A stretch of 64,000 bases of DNA from Ascidiella aspersa. Taxonomy: Eukaryota. Positions within the stretch are counted from its first letter, which is position 1; each line of letters starts with the position of its first letter. The notes under the pieces are model-generated. The model was not told where the DNA came from. It did not search any database and saw only the letters and a program-made list of their open reading frames with translations. The translations under genes were made by a program, and so were the position numbers. Positions 40,737 through 52,259 of this stretch are shown here, one piece after another. The DNA is taken from contig OZ004611.1 of assembly GCA_963924565.1 (NCBI GenBank), forward strand, positions 22,878,001 through 22,942,000. Reading direction: 5' to 3'.

Positions 40737-42651
40737 GTGATAAGGTTTAGCATTTTGTTACTGGCTTCATTCAAAGCTGTTGAGTACTATCGCTGTGTGT
40801 TGTGCTATAGGCAATCAAGTAATCCTGGTCGACTGTGTATGGGTGCCTGGCGCATCTGTATTGTTAATGCGAACGAAGTCAAACAAAAGAAAGCATAAAA
40901 GTGACATTTGGGCAGATCACCCTGTCGGTGATCCGCGGAAGATCTTTGAGTTCAGAAACATAAGAGATAGCCTTGTTAAGGTGTCACAAAAACTATAGCG
41001 ATATTTTTTGTCTTATGCGCATTTCTAAATCTAAAATGTGCAAATAGAAACTTAACATAATTAATACCGCGATAAAAGCGCTTCGAATTAAAATACAAAT
41101 CGCCCTATAGAAGCACAACTTGTGTTTTTTATTATTTAACTTATTCATGTACGAAATCTTCGTTATTAGCCTAAGATTGTAGTATAGGAGTGCTCCTGCG
41201 AAACCACAAATATTTCTAAATTGTTTGTTGAATGCAACGTAAAAAGGTGTATAAACACAACAGCTATGATGTGCGTCAAAAACAAACATACGTTTTGGCG
41301 GCGACTTGATTATTTTGCCAATAAGTAAAAATGCAAACGGTAAAAAAATAAAAAAATAAAATTTTTAATTTTTATTTAAAAAAAAATTAAATTTTTATTT
41401 GAAAAATTTTTGAATTTTTTGTTAATTTAAATTTTAGTTCCATAACTATTGAACTTTTAACGACCATAAATGACCAGAATAAATGATTTATTTAGTTTGA
41501 GTCGTCGTATCTTTGCGAAGGGGCGTGTGGATGGTTCCACGGCGGAAAGGTGGTGCAGCGAAGTTTACAACATACTTTTACGCTACATGAAATATATAAA
41601 CTGAATTAGTATGGATTAGTTATGATTTTGCCGTGACATATAGAGCAAGTTTTTACCCGTCGCCTAACGGCTTATGACGCCACTTATATAACGTACATTA
41701 ACCGTAGTGGACATGTTGGCTTATACAGGCAAAACACAGGCCATTCGGAAAACCGGCCACGTCTAAAATGTTCTGTATAGTATAAACACAGAGGGCTTAC
41801 AAGGCACAACTCACTTAAAAATGGCCCTGCCTCTGAACATGCTACGGTACGTTACCTCGCATTTATGCGCAATATGTGTTATAATTTCGAGTATCTAGAC
41901 TGTCAGTTGATTTGGTTTCCGGCCGCGAATATACAATTTAAATTTAAAGTTTAATTTTATATTTAAAGAAAAAACAGAATTTTAGAGGAGCAGAACAACT
42001 CATGTTAATCTAAATATATATATTAACAACGCTAAAAGTAGTACGATTAAAAACGTTATAATTGGCAAATCTGTTTTGAAGTCGTATGTTTTATCCTCCA
42101 ACTTTACTTTGTGTTTAAACGTATATCGCTTTAGTAATGTTGTCTATAATCCTTACACTTTGCGGGCGAAAATATTGGCGCATATCACTCGATATCTTGT
42201 TTTCCAGATTGTTCATTATTAACTTTTTAGCAGTGAATCTCAAACTGTGTGCTGTGGCACATAAGTGTTACATTTTTTCTCATTATTATCAAAACTGAAT
42301 TAGTCGAAATAGAATATTTTGCGGAAAAGCATGCGAGACTTTGACTGCAGACATTTAATAACGGATAACATTATTATGGTATATACCTGCCTAGTTTTGT
42401 TTCAAAGGCTGTAAGGCAAAATGGTTTTTAAAGATATTCTATTTATGGTGATTAATTATGTTAGTCCGCCGCGATCAATAACAGTTTAAAAAACACTTCT
42501 GTACAGCATTAGTGTATTTGACACCACGTTATCGCCGAAAGTAGCGAGTACAGAAATCAGCAACATCTGAATAAGCCAGACGTCGATTTAGAAGCATTCA
42601 TTTTGTGTAATATGCATATACATCTTCCAAAAAACTCGAATTTTTTGTTCA

Positions 42652-44017
42652 TCAACACTCTATTCGGCTGACGCAGTGACCGTTTTTCCAGTAATAACCC
42701 CGTATGCAATCACAGCCTGGGTTACAACCACTTTGATATGAAGATGGACCACTAGGGTAACCACTTTGATATGAAGATGAACCACTAGGGTAACCGCTTT
42801 GGGATGAATAACTTGGGTAACCGCTTTGATAATAACTACTAGGGTAACCGCTTTGTGGGTAATAGGAACCACTCGGGTAACCGCTGTAAGGCGAGTAGTA
42901 AGAGCCGCTCGGGTAACCGCTGTAGGACGACGGGTAGTAGTAAGGGCCGCGTCGGTTGGACGGGTAGTAGCTGTAGGGGTAACGTCTCCGGTAGAAGTAT
43001 GGCCTGCTGTAGTGAGAAAATAAGGCTAATCTCGTCAAAGCCGAAAGCCCAGAATTGCGAGGTCGGTCGCCGTCTCCATTTCCACCCCTCCCTCCGCTCC
43101 TTCCTCCATCTCTCCCTCCGCTCCTCCCTCCATCTCTCCCTCCGCTCCTCCCTCCGTCTCTCCCTCCGCTCCTCCCTCCATCTCTCCCTCCACTCCTACC
43201 TCCGCTCCTCCCTCCATCTCTCCCTCCGCTCCTACCACCACTTCTCCCTCCATCTCCCCCTCCGCTCCTACCACCACTTCTCCCTCCGCTCCTACCACCA
43301 CCTCTTCCTCCTCCGTCGCCATCCGATTGCCTTCTCACTCTCGAATGTGCGGGTGACGAACAGTAGGTTGGTGACGGCTTGCAATCCAACCATTCCTGGT
43401 TAGGGCCGCACTCTGCAACAGCAATAAGAATAAACTATGTGGATTGACCAGTTCACTGGACGCTGGAAGGCATCATCGGGCTTAATGGTACCCGTCGACC
43501 TCTTAAGGGTTCTTACTGTTGGCCAGTATATACGCGACTACGCATTGGCAACGAATTCCACTTACGCACATTGAACATGTGTGTAAATGTTTTAGTCGTA
43601 ATCAGCAGAGATTTTTAATTGTTTTAGTGTTGTTATCGCCAACATTATGACCTGGTATTGAATTTACCATACCACTATGACCTAATAACATGCATTCAAA
43701 ACTTTAAAAATTGTATATAATTTGAAGAATAAACAATAAATATAACATTTCATTTCAAACATTTTTCCAAACATACTGACATATTTTTCTAAATTACTGA
43801 CATTTTATAGTAGTGGGGGCTTTATCTATTCTGTGTCTTAAAACAAAAAAACTTTTTGTAACTGGTTGAAATGCCGAACCATTATCAATTTTTTGTTGGA
43901 AAGGGTTTGAAAATTCAACAGCATTGCTATTGTACAAAATAAAAACAATTTACCTTGGTGGGCGATTGCATATTTTCCGAGCAAAGCCAGTAAAACACAC
44001 AAATATAGCAAATTCAT
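42652..44017 (-). CDS. Split-TIL gene E: secreted 274-aa protein with a GGRS/GGRD repeat and Tyr/Ser/Gly/Pro repeats (exons 44017-43954, 43412-42652)
   Basis: MNLLYLCVLLALLGKYAIAHQ|ECGPNQEWLDCKPSPTYC...RVRR-Q...(GGRS/D)n...(YxSGYPS)n...CNPGCDCIRGYYWKNGHCVSRIEC*. Confidence 0.88.
42725..42935 (-). repeat. Coding repeat YxSGYPS(G/S/Y) in gene E
   Basis: GGGTAACC(G/A)CT recurs seven times on the + strand. Confidence 0.85.
43084..43313 (-). repeat. 12-bp-based coding repeat (GGRS/GGRD) in gene E
   Basis: CTCCCTCCGCTCCT / CTCCCTCCATCT units in tandem. Confidence 0.9.
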
Positions 44018-45274
44018 TGTTTCTTGGCTATAAACCTAAATTCGTCAAAATTTTCTGAAGAAGCAATTTGCCACATAAGTTACCACTTATAGTTCAATAT
44101 ACACAAGATTAGACAATTACAAAAAAATACTCCTTATTAAAAAAAAATAAAAGTTGGCCAATCACATCTTAATTTTTGAAGATTTTTGCTGTCAAACCAT
44201 TTATGCACTGTAGCCTTGGTACTTAGAATAAGAATAAATTTGGTCTTTTATCCTTATTTTTCACTATACATTTGACACTTCAATGTTTTTTTAAAGGGGG
44301 TCAGTGCCTCTTGGAAAATTGCTAAAAAATTATTGTAACTATCGTCCTTTAAAGAACTGCTAAACGGGGTTTTATTGTTTAATATTATTATTTAACTTTA
44401 CTATTATCCATAAATATAAATCGCTCTTCTGGTGTAAACGAAGTAGCTGGTATCCGCTGCCGTAAACGTCGGTTTTTACTTCGTTTACACCAGAAGAGCG
44501 ATTTATATTTATTTACTATTATCCCTTCGCGTAGTAGTAACATGCAACAAACATTGCCGTAAGGTTTTTTTCCAGAACGTACCATTGCCCAAGCTATCAC
44601 GCCGCCATTTATTAAAATCTGTAAAATCTGTATGTTCTTTTGTTTTTATTACATTAAAAAATAAAAGAAGCAAATAAAGCTTAGTTAGTTAAAACTCTAG
44701 TGTGTTAATTTAGGCGTACACTATACAATGTAGCCTGCTTCCAACTTTCCAAACTAAATGAAAATGCGAATTATGAACCTAATAAGCTTAGCTAGCGCAA
44801 GCTTGGCGTGCGTCGACTATAGTGTTTATCGGCAAAGTAGCTGCATTACACTTTTAATCCCGAACGACTCTGAATGAGGCATTTTTGCCTGGCGGAGTCG
44901 ATTTATAACGCATAAGAAGGCAAACAAATAGGCCACAGGCGACGGACGCTACATGCTCGCTTTGAATAAGTAATAACTAAAAAAAAGTTTTCCATAATGC
45001 GCCAATGATGGGCAAAAAACTTAATAATCCAACCGGTGAAGGTCAAATTGCTTTGCGATGCAACACAGACTATTCATCATGCGGAGGTGGATTATATTCA
45101 AGGATTTTCAATGTTTCGGTAAATGGAAAAGACACAGCGCGAATTTACAAACACTGCGCGAACTTCATCGTTTTGTTCAAATATTAGGAGTAAAATTCAT
45201 TTACATTTTTCTACAGTTTTCTGATCTGATTTGATGATAACTTAAATGAACACTGTTTTTTCAATCTACTATAC

Positions 45275-46108
45275 CAGCGGTTCCCAACCTGGGGTCCGTG
45301 AGAAAGCATTTGGGGGTCCGTGATTACCTTGATGAATTTTAGGGAAAAACGAAGAGCGATCTTTTTACTTTCATTTCTCTCTTTAAATGCACATATGTCA
45401 AGCTCAAGCTCAAGAGAATAAACTGTACCGTTATATTTTGTAAGCTTCTTTTGGAAACTACCAAGGCAAGTAATATATTTGAAACGATGAAAGAAATTTT
45501 CGTCAAACAAAATTTTGATTGGAAAAAGAAACTTTGTTCTATATGCATGGATGGAACACCAGCTATGCTCGGGAACAAATCCAGATTTGCTGCTTTAGTA
45601 AAAAACGAAGCTCCTCGCGTGGTTGTTACCCATTGCTTTTTGAAAGGTACGCAGCAAAAACTTTACCAGCAATTTTAAATCCCCGAGGAAAACCGCTTGA
45701 CGAAGGGCGACTAAGTCCTAACAGTGCGAGGCGCAACTCCCGCTAAAAACCTCTGGCCCTCTTTCCCTGCTGTGCAGATGTAGTGGGTTGGTCGTCAGCC
45801 TATCTTGTCTTTATTTATATATTTTCCCCCACGTTTTTCTAGTTTCTTTATTTTAGTATTATGTCAATTGTTTGTTCAACTTTTATGCCAATGGTGTATT
45901 CAACTTTGTTCTTTCTTATGTTCGTTCTTTCTTTCTTCCTTCAACAACAACAACAACAATTTGACACAGTACAGTATAGTTGAGTAGCCTAATTATTACA
46001 ATAGTCAATAGTATGTTAATTGAGTTCCGGCAAAATTTAGGTAGGGGTCCGCAGAATTAATAATTTGTCTAAAGGGGTCCGTGACAACAAAAAGGTTTGG
46101 AACCACTG
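45275..46108 (+). mobile_element. Internally deleted hAT (Buster/ZBED8-like) element with a transposase fragment and a nested insert
   Basis: TIRs CAGCGGTTCCCAACCT / AGGTTTGGAACCACTG; perfect TSD TACTATAC. Fragment TTKASNIF..LCSICMDGTPAMLG..FAALVK..THCFL has the DG.PAM and THC motifs of Buster-type transposases. Confidence 0.88.
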
Positions 46109-49100
46109 TACTATACTGTTGTTATTACTTTAATCAAGATTTTATTTTATTATTACAAAAAAACTTTAGTGTTAGTTTAACACAATATTAAAAATATACT
46201 ATTCAAACAAAAACGAATATAAAGAATCATTTTTTTTTTTGAAAGATCACTCTCTAGACCCGCCAATCAAGCCAATCAAAAAATGAAATATCTTTGTATA
46301 GATAGATTGCGTAAGGTGAATATTTAAGTGTAAATTTTAGTAAAAATTATAACATCTACCACGATTTTGACGTGAGTATTATTTGATTTGCAGGGCCAGC
46401 CAAGTGTCAATTAGTTTCCGTATTTAAAAATCTATAAGCAGATTTGTATAATGTCCATTGCGCCGAGCTACAGATTAAATGAACATTCCCATCAGCGGCT
46501 GCTAAATATATCTGGAATGCGTCTAGACCAAGCACGTAGTTATTTTTCTCGCAAAACAACACGAAAGACTTTTAGGCTTCAAGTCGGGTTGTGTTGGTTC
46601 ACCACATCCCGTGCGAGCAGATTATTGCTGACACGTCGATTTGCAAATTGCGCGAGAAATTCCAGGTGGCGAATGCTGCAAACCAGCTAAACTTGTTTTA
46701 AAGCGAATCTTAATTGCTATAGAATTAGGCTGCTACGCGCACCACCAGCAAGCAATCAATGTGTGCTCCAGCCACGAAAGTTGAACGTCTTTGTACAATT
46801 AAAATTACCAAAAATGTTCGACCGAAAATCACATTACATGATGGAAAACTCTCTGATTAAATAACCACGCTAGTTTAGTGTTTTACAATTTGTCACATCT
46901 TGTATATGCACACCGGGATTCTTTAACCGACTGAAATCCGTCGATCAATTTGAGGTTTTCGTGTAAGAATGACCATTGGCGAGCCTGTAAACGTCTAGCA
47001 TGCGCTTAGGTAGGTAAGTGCCGTTAACTTTGTCACGTACGACTGCCATTTAGGTTATTATTTCACTAAAAAACATTGATTACCAGTATCAGCCCCGATT
47101 TCGAACAAGGTCATTACGTACGTAATGCAAGCTATACGACAAACTTTAGACAAAGCGCCATGAATTAGGTTTTTATTGTAAATAGGATGAGTTTTGCCCG
47201 ATTTTACACCCATCTTTGTTAAAATTACATTTAAAAGCAAGAGGAATCAAAAAACTTGAAATACTGGTACCGGTAATGCATAATTTAACGACTGTCGTTT
47301 GTTCAAAAATCTAACGGGTTACTGACAAAGCGAGGAGGTAATTTATTAGTTAGGTATGCTTATACATATTTTTTAATCAAAACGTTCTTTATATAAGGTG
47401 TGCTGGTAATATTTGGAAAGATTGTAAAATGGATCTTGTTGAGCGCGAAAATGTTTTGTTGAAATAACAAAAATTAAGTTTTGAAAAGACAATGTTGATT
47501 TGATCTAAGGGAAATAGCCATGTTTTTGACGGCCTTTAGAAAATAGAAATGCTCCGCAAACTTCAGTAATTGGCATCAGCTTCCATTAGTGTGAAGGAAA
47601 ATTAACAAGTTATAGTTGTCCCATGACTTTTTGACACTAAGCCGATAGAACCCGGTTTACACTGACTGGAATGCCAGCAGGTTTGTTATTCTTCGCATCA
47701 AGTTTGACGTTTATACTTGATTAGTTCCCGTTCACACATAACTTCTGGCAACAATATAATGATCTGCAACGCACCGTAGTACATTTTTAAATCAATGCTG
47801 ATATTATTACAAGGACGGGTCTGGAATATTGCTTTAACGTCAATCAATTATATTCGCCCTTATACTTTTCATGAAATTATATTAAGCAAAACAATCAATT
47901 TAGAGAGAACCATGTCACTAAAATATCGCTATATAGCAAAACGGTAAATATCGCGGCAGCGCAAATTTTATTACATTTACAAAAATTGGCTGAACGTAAT
48001 TTAAGATTAACGCACAACACCACAACAACTTTCCTCTTTAACTTAATTAAAAGTAGTTGGCAGACAAGGATTTGTTTGTAAGGAAGGCTTTGTTCATCAA
48101 AAGAGGTAACCTGTAGTAAGATTTGGACACTCGACCATTTTTATTCAAACATGCAGAAGAGGATAACAGCGCACCACGTGTTTGCTGAGGTTTTGAGAGA
48201 CAAAAAAATAAGATAAAAATAAATTCCAGCCTGGCAAAAAGATTTTCATCGCCCATATTGTTTTACTACTCAACTATTCTAACCTCTCCTGCTGTTTTAA
48301 CTTTTAGCGCTTACTTACCTTAATGTGATAGAAAACCCACAAGAAGTGAAAGAAAAAGCCCCTAAAATTTGAATAAAGAAATACTATTTAACATAAAAAG
48401 TGAAGATAAGTGGGTGACAAGTCGTATATTGATTCATTTTAATTATTATCTTGCAAAGCTATTTATTGTTGTTACTCCTCTTACCATGAGTTCCACAAAA
48501 CAGACAAGCCCTATACAATGTCCTGGTAAGCGACCCGATGTTCCGTCACTCTTTATTGTTTTAATCGGAACAATCGAAATTAATGCAGTTCGTCAATATC
48601 GAAATGTACTTTACAGGCTTGGTTTACACTAGTTTATAAAGGTTTCTTCGAAAATCCTAAAATCGTGACTTAATTTGTTGACGTCATTCCAGCAATTCGC
48701 GAAAATTTTGACGAAATTGATAAACCTGGATCTGATCTACTGACGTTTCCCAGGTTCTTACAGATTTCTTTTCACAATTCTGCTGATCCTATAGGACAGG
48801 TATTAAAACGCGAGCTTAAATCTGAATAGGTGGGTTAACAACAGGGGTAGAGTGGTTTAACGTATTCGACAGTCTCCGGGGTCTCAATGCTTAATTGAGC
48901 GACGGTTTGTTGCTGGGCCCTAATGTATTTCTGATACCTAATGTATTGTTGGTATTTTTCGACATTTGATGATATTGATTTTCCTGTTGTTTTTTAGGGG
49001 TCAGTAACATTTAGTGTGCTGGGGCAAGTATGCTGTATATATAATGCTTGCCGTTAGAGCTCACCATTACCTATTACCTTGAGTAAAAAAATTGGTGTAT

Positions 49101-49589
49101 GGCGATAAACAAGAGAAACCAAAAATGTGACATTTTGGTCGGAAATGTCCCTATTATTTAATATCAAAGAATTATCATTTAAAGAAGCGGCGTGTCGTTT
49201 TTCTATTCATTTTACTTCGCGTTCTACAAAGTTTTGTTCTGTTATTTTTGTGGCTATCACAACAAGCAAAAATAGCAATGCGATTTTAGATGCAGCGATC
49301 TCTAGGTTTTCCACAGGGCTAACAAGCCTTGCATTGTCTGAATGCGTGATCCTATAAGTCCGTTGTCTTAGGAACAAAGACGTGTTCAACCAGCGCCCTA
49401 TATGCTGCTTAACTAAGCCATGTGAGTGCAGACAAACCGCAGGTTACTTCCAGCGCAATCAGCGAAATTACGATAGCCTGAAGACAAGAGTGACATGAAA
49501 ACGAAAACCCGCTTCGTGGAAATGTTATTGGTGGTTGCAATTTCCGTAAGAGAAGACATTCTTGCACGTAGATTACTCTAATTAGCAAC

Positions 49590-49763
49590 AAACTATTTGC
49601 AATCTCATGATCAGATCCTATAACGGTCGTTCTCGCCACAAAGGCGTCTCTTGCATCAAACTTTATTGGTCCACGTAAACTATTTGCAATCTCATGATCA
49701 GATCCTATAACGGTCGTTCTCGCCACAAAAGCGTCTCTTGCATCAAACTTTATTGGTCCACGT
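49590..49763. repeat. 87-bp near-perfect tandem duplication
   Basis: AAACTATTTGCAATCTCATGATC...GGTCCACGT at 49590 and 49677, with one mismatch seen. Confidence 0.9.
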
Positions 49764-52259
49764 CAAAAGCCAATAACACCTACGCTTACCCTCCCAGGTT
49801 CATTTAGGTTAATTTAATAAAACGATTATCGTCATGTTTCGGGTACGTGATATGCCACAACAAAATGCAAATAAGCAAAATGAAATCCAACAAGCAAAGC
49901 AGTATACAAATTTAAACCCCTTCACGTTTGACAGCGATAAACATATTCAAAAATCTTGAAGTTTCGTAAATCTCTAGGGTTTGAAATTTACATACCGAAA
50001 GACAAAAAGGTACAGTTTACTTAGATGTAAGAGTTTATGTAAATTGATGTAATCATAATCGCGAACCTTAGTAAACAAGACCTTTTTGGGGGTATTTTTG
50101 GGTAACAGCTAGAAGTGGAGAGTCCGCACACGAAAGCGGTTAAGTTGTTTCGAGGTTTAACGTTTTGAGGACAAAAGCCTGTGAAAACATTTACAGAATA
50201 TTCTGTCGGTGTATTCTATAAAATGTCAAAACACTCAGTTAAAAAATTATGTCTAAGACATAAAAATTTGCCAATTTCGCCTTTGTGGCACTTTGTTAAA
50301 AAACAGAAGATTCCGATTTTATTAAGCAATACGTGATTCCGATATGGCCTTACATGACAAAAACATTCGAAGCGGTCGAGAGCTTGAAGGTAAAACTGAA
50401 ATGAAATTAGAAATTGTGGTGCTGTTAAGGTTGCAATTTTGTGCTCATTTGGCCTAATTAGCAAGCTGACAGCTGCGGCAATCAGCAAAACACGCCAAGA
50501 TTAAAAAGCACTTTAAATCTGCATTTTGCCAAGACCACATAAGTGGATAAAAACAGTTATTATTAAAAATGTAGTAACGCATTTAAAACTTTAACCGCTT
50601 AAGGCGCTTTCCTGACATTCTTAGTTTTACATTGAATTATTTACAAATTATTTAGTGCATGACTTTAATTAGTATAGCCTATATGCAAAATTAGGAAAAT
50701 GTTCAAAACAACTAAGCTGTTTATTGTTTTCATGACTTTTCTTTGCAACGAATAGGTGTTATAAATAAAACAAACTTATGTCAGAAAAACACTATGAGAA
50801 CTTGGGAACGCTGCTGCTGTTTTATGTCAGTACGGTACATTAATGAAATTGCTGCTGCAACTACCGCTATACGTCGCTGCCGAGTTGTTTCCATCATAAA
50901 GCTACTTACAGGAAGTACCTTGTTGTGGTTGTACTTTTATCCGGATAGCGGTTAATAGGTTACCTGAAGGTTTTTTTGCTGTGTGATATGCGGTTATAAT
51001 TTTACCGGTCAACCAGATAACATAAGTAGCCTAACGTTTTCAGTTCATCCTTCTATATTTTCGGCCCGTTTTTACCAAAGTTCCGTCAGGTGAATGTTTG
51101 CCTGCCAGGGACAGTGCCAACAGTTTTTATGTGGAACAGTAGGGGCTCCCAAAATCTCGCAGTTAAACAACAGTGATATTAGCGGTAAATAAACTTGAAC
51201 AGCTTACATCATTCAAACATCATATCAAGCCGTTAATCTTGTCATTGTAATTCAATAAGAAACACTAAGGGTCGCGTTCACAAGATTCGACAATTGATGC
51301 CTTGTGTGCTTCATAAGGAGGCAAACATTTAAAATATGTGTTTTATTCGTTTTTGTGGCATGTTTAAAGTTAACTGTGTTACTGTTGGTTAATTTTCCAA
51401 TCGTCTATTTGAGTAAATTACGAAAGATCGAGAGGCTAAAAACATATTTTCATTATCCGGTTAACCGGTTAGGTTAAAGTCGAATATTCCAATATATCCC
51501 TTATCCGGATACTAAAATTGGTTAATATCCGAACCCACCCTAAAACTCAGTGGTTCTCAACCGGGGTGCCGCGGCACCTCAGTGTGTCATTTTTAATCCC
51601 CAAGGGTGCCGCGACATATTTTGGGAATCTTCAAGAATCATTTTCAACTCGTACAAATTTTGGTGTGAGATTAGAGTGGAATAAATCCAATTATGTTGTG
51701 TAGAGTTGATGTGTGTTGTTTCAGTTCTGTTTATTATGACATCTAGTGAATTACCTACGGAAAAATCTTATAGGGGTTCCGCAATCTATTTAATATTTCT
51801 GAATGGTGCCGCTAGCACTAAAAGGTTGTGAAACACTGCTATAACCTGTACAGTCGGGATGCACCAGAAAGCGATAACTTGTGCTTCTTCTATAGCCTTA
51901 AGGAAACAAACAACAAAAAGTAATGTCAAGTTTTGAAGAAACATAAAAAGTTTATACTAATTGAAAAGTACTGAAGGATTCAATATGTACACACAATCGC
52001 ACAAATATGCCAAATTCACGCAACACGCGCACAGCTGCACATCGAACACTAATTAATTATCCAAGTAACGTTTAAGAGAAATACGAGTCAAAAATCGTTT
52101 CGGAGCGATATGGGTCTAAGTCAAAAATCGATTTTGTTCAGGAGATCAAACAGACCTCACCAAGTGAAAAATCTCCAAAGTTGTGCCAAAGATTTACTCA
52201 AATCCACACAATTTGTTCAGTAAGCCAGTTATCTTTTAGTGTAGCCTAATCATTTGGTC

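Noticed and set aside
42826-43403. Poly-Pro/Leu, Leu/Ser/Arg and Glu/Gly ORFs overlapping gene E
   Set aside because: Shadow frames of the stop-free 12-bp repeat. Only the Cys-framed minus-strand frame splices to a signal exon.
47560-48900. Possible gene fragments (MGDENLFARL.., AWFTLVYKGFF..)
   Set aside because: I could not assemble a stop-free spliced model or recognise any homology.
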